A stretch of DNA of 64,000 nucleotides from Eledone cirrhosa (GCA_964016885.1 OZ024745.1:24304001-24368000), one strand, 5' to 3'. Numbered from the stretch's first letter, positions 28,030-42,365 are shown. A program made the numbers and translations. Notes: generated from the letters alone by a model not told the origin.

Positions 28030-29373
28030 CTCTTTTACAATTATTTCAAGTGTTAAACTAATATATTTCTTCACTGTACTGTGTCGTTTGCGTTATTATT
28101 TCTGTTTACTTTTACATACATACAATTATTTACATCATATATACTTGGAAACTCCTTGTAAGTCTTGACCATTTACTTGTTTTGCTGTCAACGAAAACTC
28201 CTCGTCTATACTAATATAAGGATTTTAAAGTCTAAGGGATTCACATAATAATGAAGACATTGAAAACTACACCAGAATTCAGTACAGGAATTTGGAAAAT
28301 ATACGCTAAGTTTTTAAATATAGTAACTGGAGCAATCTTGAAAAAATCAAGAAGCAACTTCTTAGAGTATCGTTCATTCGATTTTAGAAGCACTTGGTAT
28401 AAATGATTTATAATTTTAAATGGCTGCCAGGACTTTTGTAGCTTGATTAAAAAAAGAAGAGCAACGGCGAGGACGAGTAATAGTAATGGAAGAAGGAACC
28501 ACAGTAAGATATTGAGTTATCTTAAGCAAGAACACCTGGTTTGAATGTTTATAACACAGCAGACCCCGTTAAAGGACCAAGTACTGTCGTTGAAGCAAGT
28601 AAGGAAGTAGATGCACCACCATACCATGGATTCCCACACAGTTTTCTTTAGTTTATATAGTTTGTACTCTAAAAGATACAAGTTTTTATTCTCACTATAT
28701 CACTGACCATGGTATGAAGCAGTTTGCCTACCGTAATGAGGTAGCCTATTGCAGTAAAGTGTGGATTGTAGAAGAAGAAGAAGAAGAAGAAGAAGAAGAA
28801 GAAGAAGAAGAAGAAGAAGAAGAAGAAGAAGCTGTTGTTGTTGTTGTTGTGGTGGTGGTGGTGGTGGTGGTGGTGGTGGTGGTGGTGGTGGTGATGGTTA
28901 TGGAGAAGTAGGAGGAGGAATCAACGAGAAAACTTTTAAAGATAGTCACGTGTTTTACTAATCTACCAACCAAGCTTATCTGAAAACAAATTCCCAAATA
29001 AGTTAAGTATATTTTATGGGAGTGGTATCGAGTATGGAAACACAGTCTACAAAATATACGTGACTATTTCAAAGATAACTGGAGTACATAAAGACAACTA
29101 GGTAAGAGCTATATAATATAAAGATATTGTATTGATTTTGCACTTGAGATTTATGAAGTAACATTGAGTAAACTATTTATGAGCTTCATATCAACTATAA
29201 GCGTCTACAGGAAGTTACAATGTAAAAGCAAAAGCAAAAGAATTGACGTCCAAAAATATGGAAAAGGGAAAAAACAAGAAATTGAGAATATCCAAAGAAG
29301 TTTTTAAAAGTTTCTATATTCACACATGATCTGCTAGAAATAGCAACAAAATCCCCCTCAAATCGTACAGTCT

Positions 29374-29758
29374 ATAGTTGTATCGTATTGACCTGCTGAT
29401 AGGTGGTATATTGCCATAGAGATCCTTATTTGTTGGGTGTTCCCTCCAAGACACGTTTAAAGCAGCGCGGAGCATACGTGTGTCTAGCTTTTTCTCCAGT
29501 TTCGACGTTAGCGTCCAAGTGACAGAGACTCAGATTTGCTGGCCACTGTTGGCGCAGCAAGGAAGAAATAGCAGGTGATGTGTTGTTATGGATTCCATCT
29601 CATGGAGCAAGAAACGCTGGTCGTCCCAAGAAGACATATGTCAAGCAACTTGAGGACGATACTGGATGCACTGCGGAAGAACTGGCAAACGCAATGAGAG
29701 AAACGTGTCGTAGAAAACCGAGCAAGCTCGACCTGATGATGATGATGATAGTTGTATC
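29374..29758 (+). mobile_element. RTE-type LINE 3' end with 5' inversion and 11-bp TSD
   Basis: Minus 29381-29520 TWTLTSKLEKKLDTRMLRAALNVSWREHPTNKDLYGNIPPISRSIR; plus QRLRFAGHCWRSKEEIAGDVLLWIPSHG..GRPKKTY; (GAT)n tail; ATAGTTGTATC at 29374-84 and 29748-58. Confidence 0.85.
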
Positions 29759-30334
29759 TGTGAAGGATACATTAAAATATGCAGTCCCAGATAGATTATG
29801 ACAGGAGGATCATAGCTGTAGCACCTTTGATCATAGGTCAGCTTTAAAAGGTTTGATCTGTGGCTACACTACAATAGCAGTGTTCAAAAATGACGAAAAA
29901 AAGGACACTGTGGAGCGCCATGCAGGATAATTATCTGGTCACTTGATCTTATAAAAACAGCAACCATATTTCCCTGAAACCACTGTGTAGTGTCTTAAAA
30001 TAAGGACTAACGCTTTGGATAATAGAAATTTAGATACTTTATGTATGAATAAAAAATGTGAAGGCCTGTTTGATAAGTATGTCGACTGTATAACAACAAT
30101 TATGAAACTCACATCAAGGAACTGGCTTAATGTTTGTAAGGGTGATAACTCTGCAAGAGATTTCAATAGAAAGGCAGGAAGTTCTTGAAACCGAATACAT
30201 GTCAGTTTTATAATAATTGTATGTTTTATAGAGAGTAAATCATCTGTCGAGTAGATTCCATGGTTTTGTTTCGATTCCTACTGAAAAGGTGATAAATTTT
30301 AGTTTATTTGCGGCGCGTAAAATCTGAATGGATG

Positions 30335-30500
30335 GGACCGAGTGGTTATAATGCTGGATTGACGATATTAATGTGGAGAATTCGATTTCTGGACCTTGCG
30401 GCACATTATGATCTGAGGCAAAACACTTCATTTCTCGTTTTTCTCCCCATTTAGATGAAAGTGAGTACCAGCAGTAACTAAGGGTTAACATGGTGATGAG
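30335..30500 (+). mobile_element. Degenerate S2 SINE
   Basis: A-box-like GGACCGAGTGG, B-box-like GAATTCGATTTC, core CACTTCATTTCTCGTT. Confidence 0.5.
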
Positions 30501-30639
30501 AGGGGGGGGGGTCATTAAAACCCAATAAAACCGAGGTAGGTTACGGGATTGTGACAGGTATTAACTTTTTGTTTAAAATCTTAATACCTTTATATTAAAC
30601 ATGAGTAACTTGATTCGACAAAGGAACCTGTAAATAGTC

Positions 30640-30830
30640 GCATGACCTCTGAGAAATAGTAGCCAAATCTCCCTTTATTCACAGTCTGCTACCTGAAAAC
30701 ATGTAGCACAGATTAAATGGTGTAGGCCTAGATACACAATGGTTGGCTAAGAGATGATGATGGCTTAAAGACCTTTGATCGTAAGTTTGCTCGATCATAG
30801 ATCTGTTGACCCTGGGTTAGACAGCAACAT
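30640..30830 (+). repeat. Old interspersed repeat (also ~29325-29875 interrupted by the RTE, and ~32880-33050)
   Basis: Shared GAAATAGnAGCCAAATCTCCCT...ACCTTTGATCnTAnGT motifs. Confidence 0.5.
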
Positions 30831-31518
30831 GAACTTCACTATTTGACATTTTTATTTCTTAAAAGACATACATAGTATTCATGTCCATATAAAACACAGC
30901 TTGTCAGCGCTGTCAGATTTAATACAGATCAATGAAAGATAAAACAGAGGAAGATTTAAATGTGTCGTATGAGTAGAGAAAGAGAATATACAACAACTTG
31001 CACGTTCATTGGTGAGTCGACAGGCCAGATCTAGATTGGGAAATTCTAACATTTTGACAAAGAAATAAGCTGGAGAAACGGACGGCTATTTATTATTATT
31101 TTTACAACGTTCACTTTTTATTTCAGCATGAAGTACAAACATAATATCAACCCCCTTCTCACTACCATTCTCCACTACAGATATATTTTTTCAAGAAAAT
31201 ATATCTGTAGTGGAGATATTGGCCGTCAATATGATTCTGTTTTAGCAACAATCTCACTATATAAAATTATCTCAGAGAATCTTGTATTGTCAATGTGGCG
31301 AATCTAGATGAAGCTATCAAATTTAATGCTGTCTCAGCAAGTTATAAATAGGTTATGGAAATAATACATATTGATATATAAATCACTGTAGCGAACAGTA
31401 TAAAACGCGACATAGGCTCCTAGTCAGCTGATATTGCGATATGGTTTCAATGTTCGGTTAATACACCCTACTAATAACATTGGTAAAAGTATGAAAAGCT
31501 TATTTCCCTGAAATGGTA

Positions 31519-31707
31519 TACGAGGGTCGGTTGAAAGGTTCATAGGCTGACTGTGAAGGAGTTATGCTAGAGCTGTGAAATCTTGCATGCATTAATTTCA
31601 GCTCTTATTATTATTAACAGCATTGTTTTTTTCCAGGAACTATGTTGAAAAATAAATCTCATGAGAGTATATTAGACAGCCTACGAACTTTCCAGCTGAC
31701 CCTCGTA
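31519..31707 (+). mobile_element. mariner-type MITE
   Basis: TA-CGAGGGTCGGTTGAAAGGTTCATAGGCTG ... CAGCCTACGAACTTTCCAGCTGACCCTCG-TA. Confidence 0.85.
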
Positions 31708-32154
31708 AAATCTTTGCAGCTTTGAGAAAAGGATAAGCTAGCCTAGATTGAGACACTGTTCCCTGTTTCATCTCCGATTTGGGCCATTTCTGTTCTCTTG
31801 TGTTGTGCACGACGTTCGTGAAAGTAGAACTTCTTTTCCTAAGTAAAAAAAAAAAACCATAAAACACTATATATTTTACTTGTCTAGAATATTGATTAAC
31901 TCTCGGTGAGTTGATGTCAAATCCTGATTTCGATTTCCTACATAAAGTTTCAATTTGGTCTAGTACACAAAAAAGAAAGAAAGAAAGAAAAAAGAAAGAA
32001 AGTAAAAAAGAAAGAAACTCCATCAAATATAAATCTGTTCCAGGATAAAATTTTATGCCAAAATAAAAGATCGTATTTCACATATATCAAGCGGCTTCCT
32101 TAAAATCACGGAATATATCGAATGAGCCGGCCATTATTTCTAGTCACATAAGTA

Positions 32155-32335
32155 AATAATTGTTTCTACTTTTGGCACAAGGCCAGCAATTACCCAGTAC
32201 ATTACTGGCACTTTATTTTATCGACCCCGTAAGGATGAAAGGCAAAGTTAACCTCGGCGGGATTTGAACTCAGACCGTAAAGGGACGTAACTATGCAGGA
32301 AAGCATGGCGTCCGACTCTCTACTGATACTGCCAA
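32155..32335 (-). mobile_element. S1 SINE
   Basis: Full-length family match. Confidence 0.85.
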
Positions 32336-32414
32336 TAAGTAAAAAATATTCTTGAGAATATAATCAACGTCTTCTATTGGGTTCATTTCTCATAGGAAAC
32401 CGTACTTTTGTGAA

Positions 32415-32587
32415 TACGAGGATCAGCTGAAACGTTCATAGGCTGACTAAGATACTCTCATGGAATGGCCAGATGAGGTTTATTTTTTAAAGAAACAATG
32501 CAGTGACTAATAAGAAGAATTGAAATAAATGCATGCAAGATTTCACTCCTTCACAGCGGCCTATGAACCTTTCAACCGACCCCCGTA
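32415..32587 (-). mobile_element. mariner-type MITE (same family as 31519-31707)
   Basis: TA-CGAGG TIRs; internal sequence reverse-complementary to the 31519 copy. Confidence 0.8.
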
Positions 32588-35129
32588 TCTAAGGAATTCA
32601 AACGCTATCTTTTAAAAGCTATTTTAGTATATTTTTACAAAGTCCCCTCACACACACAAACAAAACGAAGTTAATTAGACACAAATAAGTCTATCGGAAA
32701 CTCCTCATGTGAAAATGTTACTAATTTTGCTGATACAAATACTTTATACCAGTTATCGTTCAAGTGATGAAATAAAAACACCATATTGTTTCAAGATATA
32801 TCAGTGATCGTGAGGAAATTGTCATAGCCACGTGTACAAACCTACAAAAAGAGCCAACAGAGAAGCCTTTAAATTATCGTTCGATCCTCAAGAAATAATA
32901 GCCAAATCACTTTCAAATTATACCCTAGCTGCTTTAAACGTGAAGTTTATATCTAATAACGTAACACTAGGTAAGCAATTCCCTTAAAAGTGAACGGGAT
33001 GGTCATGTCCAGAACGTATTATCTGTTCAGTCAGTCATATGATCAAATACCTGTATTTATATAACCCCTCTTTTACTGCTGATTATGGCTTGGTGTATAT
33101 ATATAATATACCTACACATGAATCCATGACCTGGGAAAATGTATAGAATATGTATATAATAGGTTTATTATATACTTTGCTTTATTTATTCAAGTGACAT
33201 TTTGTGTATATAAAAACGTAGAGAAGTGTGAAAAACATTACGGACTTCACTTAGCCTTTTCCCCTCATTAATTAATTCTTTCTAGCATAGGCAAAATGTC
33301 ACATTTATTGTGTGCACCGATTGCATCAACTTCAATACCTGACTAAAAGTTTATTTCATCTGTTCTGAAAGAATGAAAGCCAAATTGTGTCACATGAGAT
33401 AAAAACTCACAATGACAAGTCCATAACTGAATACCTGACATTTTGTTCGCAGATCAACGCATTTAGTCTTCTATTTTCCTATTCAGATTAATTTTCTTAT
33501 TGCTTAGTTAGGTAGATGGACGGAATCCATGACTCACCTGAGCCTTCAAGATCTATTGGAGAAAAGTGAGGAAGGTAACTTCCATCCGAACACCTATCCT
33601 GAATGTTTGTAACAGAGTGGATTCGGCTAATGGCTCCCGGGAATCAGATGGGAGTGTTCAACCTAGTGGATTAAATCTAAACATTAAATAATTATTTTCC
33701 TTGAAAGTTTTGTTACTCAGTTAATTCAAACCCATGTTTGTTTGTTTTGTATTAATTTATTTCATTTTTTTTGTGTGTGTGATATTGGAGAATTATAACA
33801 GCTACAGCTTTTTACCGTTTTTATTTTTTTTACACGGTTTTACTTCTCTGGGCTGCTGATTTAATGAGGTGTTGGTTTTATAAAGACTGAAACTGATGCT
33901 TATCTGAATTACGAGAAGCTGTGCTAAGACTGATTGAGCCTGGTGAAGATGGTTGGTCAGGTTCATGGGGAGAAATTTAATCAGACGTTCTTTTAAATCT
34001 TCAGTTGGTAATGTCACATCTTCTGATTCTTTTATGTAACATACTGGGTATGTCGAGCAGAAATATTGTTTTGATAGTCTGTTCACAGGGTTGTCAAGCG
34101 ATGAAAAGATTGAAAGATGATTTTCTTTTCCAGTGTCCTGACAACAGGAAGTAACAAACGTGTTCACATATTCTTATTCCAACGACTTTTGAAATAAATT
34201 ATACCAAATCTTGTTTAAACGGTTACTTTGACAATGTGAGTGGACATTTCATATTGTCTGTGATCAGAAATTGATTGAAATTTAAAGATGAATTTACAAT
34301 AAACAGTGCAATTAGATGTCAAACATCTATTTAGGAAATAAATGAAATATATATGTTCCGAAACATCTTAGTTTAAATAATGTAGTACTATGTCCCCACG
34401 CCCCCCTGGCTCCTTACCACCACTCCTTCCTACTGATCTCTACCTTATTACCTCAAACCTTGCAATAAACAATAGGCATGACATAAGTTATCGCTCTTCT
34501 CTTCTCGACTTAAAAAAAGGGGCTGTCTCCCACTTTCACTCTTTCTACGTGTTTGTAACGGACAGACAGACGAAGACACAACACACCCTTTATAATATAA
34601 TTACAAGCTTTCCAATAGCTTCAATTTGCTTTGTTGATTTAGTAATCCTTTAATAATGTTTCGAGTATGTAGCTACATTGTTTGTAAGTTTCAATATGTA
34701 TTGCATCTGATAGAATGTTTTTCAAGAAAATTCACCTAAAGGAAATAGGGCTTACATTGGGTCCACATCAGTGTTGCCTTCGTACGTGCGTAAAATGTCT
34801 TTGAAAACCATTTATCTTAAAATGTATGTGCGCTGCTGGTTATAGGGGAAGGTAAACAAAAATATAAGGTCAATAATATAAATGATTAGAATACATTTCT
34901 ATCGTGATATGTACCACAAAATATTCTTTTGTAAAAAAAAACACGCTCTACCCGATTTGATATCACTTAGTTAAGAAGAGAATTGATCAGGTTAGAGCAC
35001 TGAATAACTTAACCTTTGATAATCGGACCAATAAGGAAACAGTAAATTGTTCACTTTTAAAATTCTCCTGTAGAAAAGTTACAGTAATTATTTGTATGTT
35101 TCAAAATAGTAAGATGACGAATTGAATGC

Positions 35130-35240
35130 TTTGTGGTATTCGTACACTCTTTACTCTCTAAGTTCAAATCCTGCCAAGGTTAACTTTGCCTTTCATATAT
35201 TCGAGGTCGAAAATTTACCAGTCCAATACTGGGTCGATTC
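35130..35240 (+). mobile_element. Degenerate S1 SINE fragment
   Basis: AGTTCAAATCCTGCCAAGGTTAACTTTGCCTTTCAT. Confidence 0.65.
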
Positions 35241-35809
35241 TTCCGCTATATCTCTGTATAACTTCTTCTTTCTCACTTTTTATCTTTCTCGGGAAGAACT
35301 CTGCTTTAGTCAGATCTGGAGAGGAATAGCTCCGCCAGGCGTAAAATACCATAGCAGCACCGTATGTCACTACGGTGACTCTACGACTCCATATGAGTTA
35401 TCAGCCCATACCATATCATAATGTTATTATTAGAGTCCCTTGCACCTGGTTAGAAAACCTAACTCACTCGGAAAAAAATCACCTTCCTAAATGAGACAAA
35501 ATTTGATAATAATCAAGTTGATCATAATAGACACGACTTGGAACCGCTCCTGTACCAAGGACATACATACTTTTTGATGTAAGAATGACCAGAGGACATT
35601 CGTTTCTACATTTCACTGGCAATATCTTAGAAACGAAATACTTCTAAAATGTTTAGAAACGGAAATAGCCCAACTTTCCACTTTGCCAGGATTTTGTACT
35701 AAATTTGTATATATATAATTTTGTGGTCTGAAGTAGAGGAGGTCTTCAAGCTAGATTCAATAGTAAGTGCTGACTCACACACCTGTTGTTTTTCTTTTCC
35801 TTTCAAGGA

Positions 35810-35869
<60 letters not shown>

Positions 35870-35962
35870 CTTGAATGTATATATATATAAATGTATATAT
35901 ATATATATAAATGTATATATATATATATATATTCATATATATACATATATACATATATATAA

Positions 35963-35999
<37 letters not shown>

Positions 36000-36045
36000 A
36001 ATAATAGGCTGCCCGTTGCAAATGGTTGGGCATATGAAAAAGTAA

Positions 36046-36147
36046 GTCCTTCATCAGTGACCCTCCAACTGTCCCAGGCATTTCATCGCTTTAAGGGCCA
36101 TATGCCTCAGGTTGGTGCGAACAACGGCTAAAAAAAGTCGTTGGGAC
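36046..36147 (-). ncRNA. Non-circularly permuted hammerhead candidate, variant 2, in (TA)n-flanked element ~35996-36672
   Basis: rc: GTCCC-AACGACT..AGCCGTT-..TCGCA-CCAACC-..AGGCA-T-A^TGGCCCT-..GCGAT-GAAA-TGCCT-..GTTGG-AGGGTCA-CTGATGA-AGGAC. Confidence 0.75.
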
Positions 36148-36691
36148 ACATAAATAAAATAGAATAAAATAAGATAAATAAATACATACACAAGCACAAT
36201 AACAACAAGCACATAAACACACACTAGTCACCCAGCAGACACAACACTATACACACTAGTCACACAGCACACATAACACTATACACACACGCAAACGCAT
36301 GCGCAAAGAAGACAAAATAAAATAAGATAAACAAACAAGCAAATAAATAAATAAATATATAGACAGACTGAATAAAAAATGGCGTAGACATACAACACAA
36401 CAGGAGGAACAAAGAATATAACACCACTGACGATGTTGCAGATGTGCAACGAAAGATTTATGTAAATTATGTAAACTATATATATGTGTTTGTGTCTATA
36501 TTGTATCTGTATTATTTTTGACCGTCGGTCAGTCAATGGCAACATTGAGGACCGAGTAAGTTAGATCGCAGATATAAAAGACAGCGAGAAGCGAAAACCA
36601 ACCAAACAGTGAGTGTGTCCTGTTATTAATTCTGGCAATATTACGCAAATATGACCCTCCCCGTGTATAACAATATATATATATATATATA

Positions 36692-37206
36692 TAAACGGAA
36701 AAAATGAAACGAAATTTCATTTCAAACTCTTAGTACGGCTGTTACTTAAATATAAGTATGTACACGTACATACATATAGGTATACAGACGTACAGTAGTA
36801 TGTATATATATATATATATATATACATACATGCACACATATATATATGTACGTATGGATTCACCGAACATTTATTATAATGCTCGATGTGTTTGTAAACA
36901 AACATCCCGTATGAAGCCGTAGTGTCTAGCAACCATCGTTGCTTGTTTGTTCAACACTGACAAAGGAACGCTGTACTAGTTTCAAGCTTATTAACTATCG
37001 TCAGCAACGTATACTTTCCTGCCAGATGATTGAACGTCTGAAAGTATATACTTTCTTATTGCTAGACACTACGGCTTAATACGGGATGTTTGTTTACAAA
37101 CACACCAAGCATTATAATAAATGTTCGGTGAATCCATACGTACATATATATATACTATGTATATATACTGTACGTCTGTATACATATATGTATGTACGTG
37201 TACATA

Positions 37207-37210
<4 letters not shown>
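36692..37210. mobile_element. Fold-back element family B (second copy)
   Basis: Arms ~36755-36932/37059-37210; homologous to 5832-6260. Confidence 0.6.
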
Positions 37211-37239
<29 letters not shown>

Positions 37240-37380
37240 TGAAATAGCGATATATATATGAATGTATATATAATGTATTTTGCAATACACTGTATGCTTA
37301 ATTAAAATCATTTTGAAGACCTTACGCTATTGTTTTAGAGTAGTGACAGTCTCACTTACTTTAAATTTTCAGCAAACAGG

Positions 37381-38216
<836 letters not shown>

Positions 38217-38323
38217 TATATAGTCGGACTTAAGCCCACAAGATTCATTGACTTGTCTCTCTTTTCCTCTCTTTACGTTGCATTACTACCATGTTGTTTG
38301 TTTCCTTTCCTCTGTTTTCCTCT

Positions 38324-38425
38324 GTCCCGATAACTTAATTTAGTTATCGCTCACACTGATTTTAGGTATCTAGTCTTTAATGCGAAGAAATACCAACGAT
38401 AATCAGCAGACTACTGATGAAGGAC
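38324..38425 (+). ncRNA. Non-circularly permuted hammerhead candidate, variant 3, in (TA)n-flanked element 38222-38498
   Basis: GTCCC-GATAACT..AGTTATC; CTGATT/AATCAG; GGTA-T-C^TAGTCT (38365-76); GAAA-TACC (38387-94); AGACTA-CTGATGA-AGGAC (38408-25). Confidence 0.7.
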
Positions 38426-38493
38426 ATTCTTGTTTCTCGGTCTATTTTTATTCATATGCTCATATTCGCAACATCGCAGCACGCCATTTTTCA

Positions 38494-38542
<49 letters not shown>

Positions 38543-38574
38543 ATAAATGGAAACTATATTTATAAAACCATATT

Positions 38575-38640
38575 TATTTCATTATATATATTTCGGGGAT
38601 ATCATATTATCAATATGCTATGCCTTCCTCAGACAAAATA
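38575..38640 (-). ncRNA. Type I hammerhead motif in PLE pLTR
   Basis: rc: TATTTTGT-CTGAGGA-stem II-GAAA-TATATA-TA^ATGAAATA. Confidence 0.75.
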
Positions 38641-40029
38641 CAATATATACAGTTTTATAGATAAATAGATTCGACATACCGTAACAACACAGACTTGCAT
38701 TTGGAGAGGTTGAGCTGGCAGTGAAAAAATTTTACACAGAGAGAAAGAAAGAGAGGAAAAAGAGAGAAAAAAAGAAAGAAAGACAGAAAACGAAGAAAAG
38801 GAAGAAAAAGAAGAGATGCATGGAACAAAGTAGAGAGATGGAGAGATAGATAAAGAGAAGAACTTCATGTAAAGAAACAGAAAGAGAAATATATATATAG
38901 AGAGAGAGGAAATAGAGATAGATACATATATATATAGAAAATTAGGTAGTGGGAGGTCAGTTGAGTAAATGTATCAATGGTACATTTATTTATTTATTTA
39001 TTTATTTATTTAGCTCTAGTATTAATGTAAGGGAGATATATATAGAGAGAAAGAATATATAGAGAGAAAAAATAGCGAGAGAAAAACTTAAAAAACTTTA
39101 AAATAGCCAGATATATTTGAGGCGTAAAAAACCCTATGTTTTAATGTATTAGTATTTATAAAACTTCCACTATATTGTAAATATCAGTATTCCTGAATGA
39201 GACAAGTATCCATAGTGTGTGAAAATTAATTATCTTATGTTTAGTTTTTTAAAAAAATTCATATGTTTATGTGAAAGCTACAAACATCTATGTGAATCCA
39301 CATGATCAACTCTGCAAACTCTAAGTTCACGGAAAACATTCTCAATGTGGTATAAAACTTTGAGTATACATATATGTGTATTATTATTCCTGTCTTTACT
39401 CTACAAGATTATCTATCAAGCAGAGATAGAGAGCAGATTTCAATATACTAATAAAAATATATATCAGAAACAAAACTAAAAAAATAACAATAATAATAAT
39501 AAGTAATAATAAAATAGAAAACTAAAAAAATATTACGAAAGAATATTACATATTAAAAATATTACATATTAAAAAATTTACATATTAAAGATATTAAGAA
39601 TAAAAATAAAAATATTAGAAAATACTACAATAATAAAAAAAAAAAAAATAAAAAAAATATAAAAATAAACCACAAAGATCAACCCTTCAAAATTAATTGA
39701 CAATATATTGCCAAGTTCATTATAAGCATCAGAGTCGAAAAACAGACAAAGCCAAAAAATTATCCATCAAATCACATCTAGCAAAGATCATTTCAAAAAG
39801 TTTATGATGCCCAAAATGGTCTACATGTGTTCTTATATTTAATATAGAGGTTTATCTAGTGTAAGGTTTATTCAAAATATTTGGAGCATCAGCTTTTAGG
39901 GTAGCTTAATTTTTCATGAGGAATGTTTAAATAAAAATAAAATAAAAATAAACAATAAAAAGAATAAAAAGAAGGAATCAAAGATTTATCGGCTAGTTTC
40001 CCATATAAATATAAATCAAACTAAATATA

Positions 40030-40968
40030 CTACATTTTAAATTTAAATTTATATTTAAACGTTGAGTTTAATCTATGTTTGCAACAACTGAATAAATTTG
40101 TCCGTAGATTAAGGGAATTTTTAGATTTTAGTATAAAGAATATCTCCTCTACGCAGAGGTCACATGTCTCAGAGGATGAATTAAAAGGAATCCCTCTTGA
40201 GACTATATTCCAAGCCGTTGAATATCTAACGTTATCTAGCTTAAGTTGCCAGAGTACGCCTGATAGTGCCGTTGAAGATTTTTTGCTTGGATCTGTGAAA
40301 GAATTCTTGTGGTTATTATAGCGAAGTTTAAATTCCGTCGATGTGGAACCGACGTAGTTAAAAGAATTAGAGTCAGTATTAACATTACAATTGTATACTA
40401 TATTTTTAACTAAGCAGTTGTTATTTAACGGACATTTAGATCTATCTCTACAGTTACATTTGTTAACTTGTATATTATTTATGCTATTATCACTAGGTTT
40501 TAAGTTCCTATTATTTATTCTATTAATATTTTGTGCTAAATTTTTGGTGGATGAGTAGGTTAATTTAATTGTATGCCTATTGAAAATTGAGTGATATCTA
40601 TGTGTTCTAGGGAAGCGATTATCAAGAGCTTTGAAAAATAGTTTAGCGATGTGGGTTTTAATGTTTAGTGAGAAAGGGGGGGCAAACCAAATTATGTTCC
40701 TAGTTCTATTTCTTTTTTGGCCATTGGAATTATTGTAATGCTTTCTATTATAGTTGTTAAGGTTGTTGCCGTAATTAAAAAAGTTGTTACTTTGTTTAGT
40801 TAGTCTATCATTATCTATGTACACAATCTTATCAGCATATCCTGCTCTAGCTAATGCTTCATTATAGTATTGGGCCTTTTCGTCGAAAATCTTTCTATTC
40901 GACGAGATCCTAGAGATACGTTTTTGAACAGAGTTTACAATAGTGTTTTTTACAGATCTGGGGTGGTT
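40030..40968 (-). CDS. PLE polyprotein C-terminal part (RT thumb, CxC linker, GIY-YIG endonuclease), 5'-truncated
   Basis: NHPRSVKNTIVNSVQKRISRISSNRKIFDEKAQYYNEALARAGY; WFAPPFS; CNCRDRSKCPLNNNC; IVYNC..NYVGSTSTEFKLRYNNH; CDLCVEE; CCKHR; no stop in 312 codons. Confidence 0.9.
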   Translation of the reverse strand, partial: NHPRSVKNTIVNSVQKRISRISSNRKIFDEKAQYYNEALARAGYADKIVYIDNDRLTKQSNNFFNYGNNLNNYNRKHYNNSNGQKRNRTRNIIWFAPPFSLNIKTHIAKLFFKALDNRFPRTHRYHSIFNRHTIKLTYSSTKNLAQNINRINNRNLKPSDNSINNIQVNKCNCRDRSKCPLNNNCLVKNIVYNCNVNTDSNSFNYVGSTSTEFKLRYNNHKNSFTDPSKKSSTALSGVLWQLKLDNVRYSTAWNIVSRGIPFNSSSETCDLCVEEIFFILKSKNSLNLRTNLFSCCKHRLNSTFKYKFKFKM

Positions 40969-41596
40969 AAAGAATTGAATTTTTTTTAAAAACTAAACAT
41001 AAGATAATTAATTTTCACACACTATGGATACTTGTCTCATTCAGGAATACTGATATTTACAATATGGTGGAAGTTTTATAAATACTAATACATTAAAACA
41101 TAGGGTTTTTTACGCCTCAAATATATCTGGCTATTTTTAAGTTTTTTAAGTTTTTCTCTCGCTATTTTTTCTCTCTATATATTCTTTCTCTCTATATATA
41201 TCTCCCTTACATTAATACTAGAGCTAAATAAATAAATAAATAAATAAATAAATGTACCATTGATACATTTACTCAACTGACCTCCAACTACCTAATTTTC
41301 TATATATATATGTATCTATCTCTATTTCCTCTCTCTATATATGTATATTTCTCTTTCTGTTTCTTTACATGAAGTTCTTCTCTTTATCTATCTCTCCATC
41401 TCTCTACTTTGTTCCATGCATCTCTTCTTTTTCTTCCTTTTCTTCGTTTTCTGTCTTTCTTTCTTTTTTTCTCTCTTTTTTCTCTCTTTCTTTCTCTCTG
41501 TGTAAAGTTTTTTCACTGCCAGCTCAACCTCTCCAAATGCAAGTCTGTGTTGTTACGGTATGTCGAATCTATTTATCTATAAAACTGTTTATATTG

Positions 41597-41662
41597 TATT
41601 TTGTCTGAGGAAGGCATAGCATATTGTTAATATGATATCCCCGAAATATATATAATGAAATA
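41597..41662 (+). ncRNA. Type I hammerhead motif in inverted pLTR
   Basis: TATTTTGT-CTGAGGA(41605-11)-stem II CATATT/AATATG-GAAA(41643-46)-TATATA-TA^ATGAAATA. Confidence 0.75.
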
Positions 41663-41792
41663 AATATGGTTTTATAAATATAGTTTCCATTTATTTAATA
41701 TTATAAATATACTCCAAATATTTGTCGAGTGCTTTTATATCAGTTATAAATATTTACTAGTTGTAACCCAACAATTTTAAATATAACTTTCC

Positions 41793-41840
<48 letters not shown>

Positions 41841-42149
41841 AAGTAATCTGCTCACATAAAAAAAATTAATAATTCCAAATATGTTCAGATATTTAGTATG
41901 TCTGTGATGGAAATTTAGATGGAAACTTAGTCAAAAAGATATCAACGCTTTCTACATCCCAATTTCGAATTCCTCTTAGGCTTATGATATACGTGTGTTA
42001 AGTGACTAGTTAGGTGATTAGTTATAAATATTATTATTGATATTGTCAACTGGTTTATTTACGAAAGACGTCATATTTAAACAGTTTCTCTTTGAATTGT
42101 AATATATGTTTTCTCTTACACAATTTAAGATTAGCTGGGTTTTATAATA

Positions 42150-42365
42150 ATAATTGTTTCTACTTTAGGCACAAGGCCAGCAATTCGAAGGGGAGGGGAA
42201 AGCCGATTAAATCGACCCCAGGGCATTTCTGGTGGTCTATTTTATCGACCCCGTAAGGATGAAAGGCAAAGCGAACGTCGACGGGATTTGAACTCAGAAC
42301 GTAAATAGCCATCAATCTATGGTGCAAAGTGTGTTGTCCGACGCTCTACCGATACTGCCAATCCA
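42150..42365 (-). mobile_element. S1 SINE (variant)
   Basis: Family core and tail. Confidence 0.8.

Larger units (their letters stand above)
38535..41795 (-). mobile_element. 5'-truncated Penelope-like element (Hydra-clade-like) with ~730-bp inverted pLTR, inserted in (TA)n
   Basis: 38535-39260 is near-perfectly inverted at 40977-41704, plus ~90-nt tail; uninterrupted RT-thumb/GIY-YIG frame; hammerheads in both arms. Confidence 0.9.

Noticed and set aside
33802-34167. 121-aa non-repetitive ORF, possible host exon
   Set aside because: No recognisable motif or convincing splice context.
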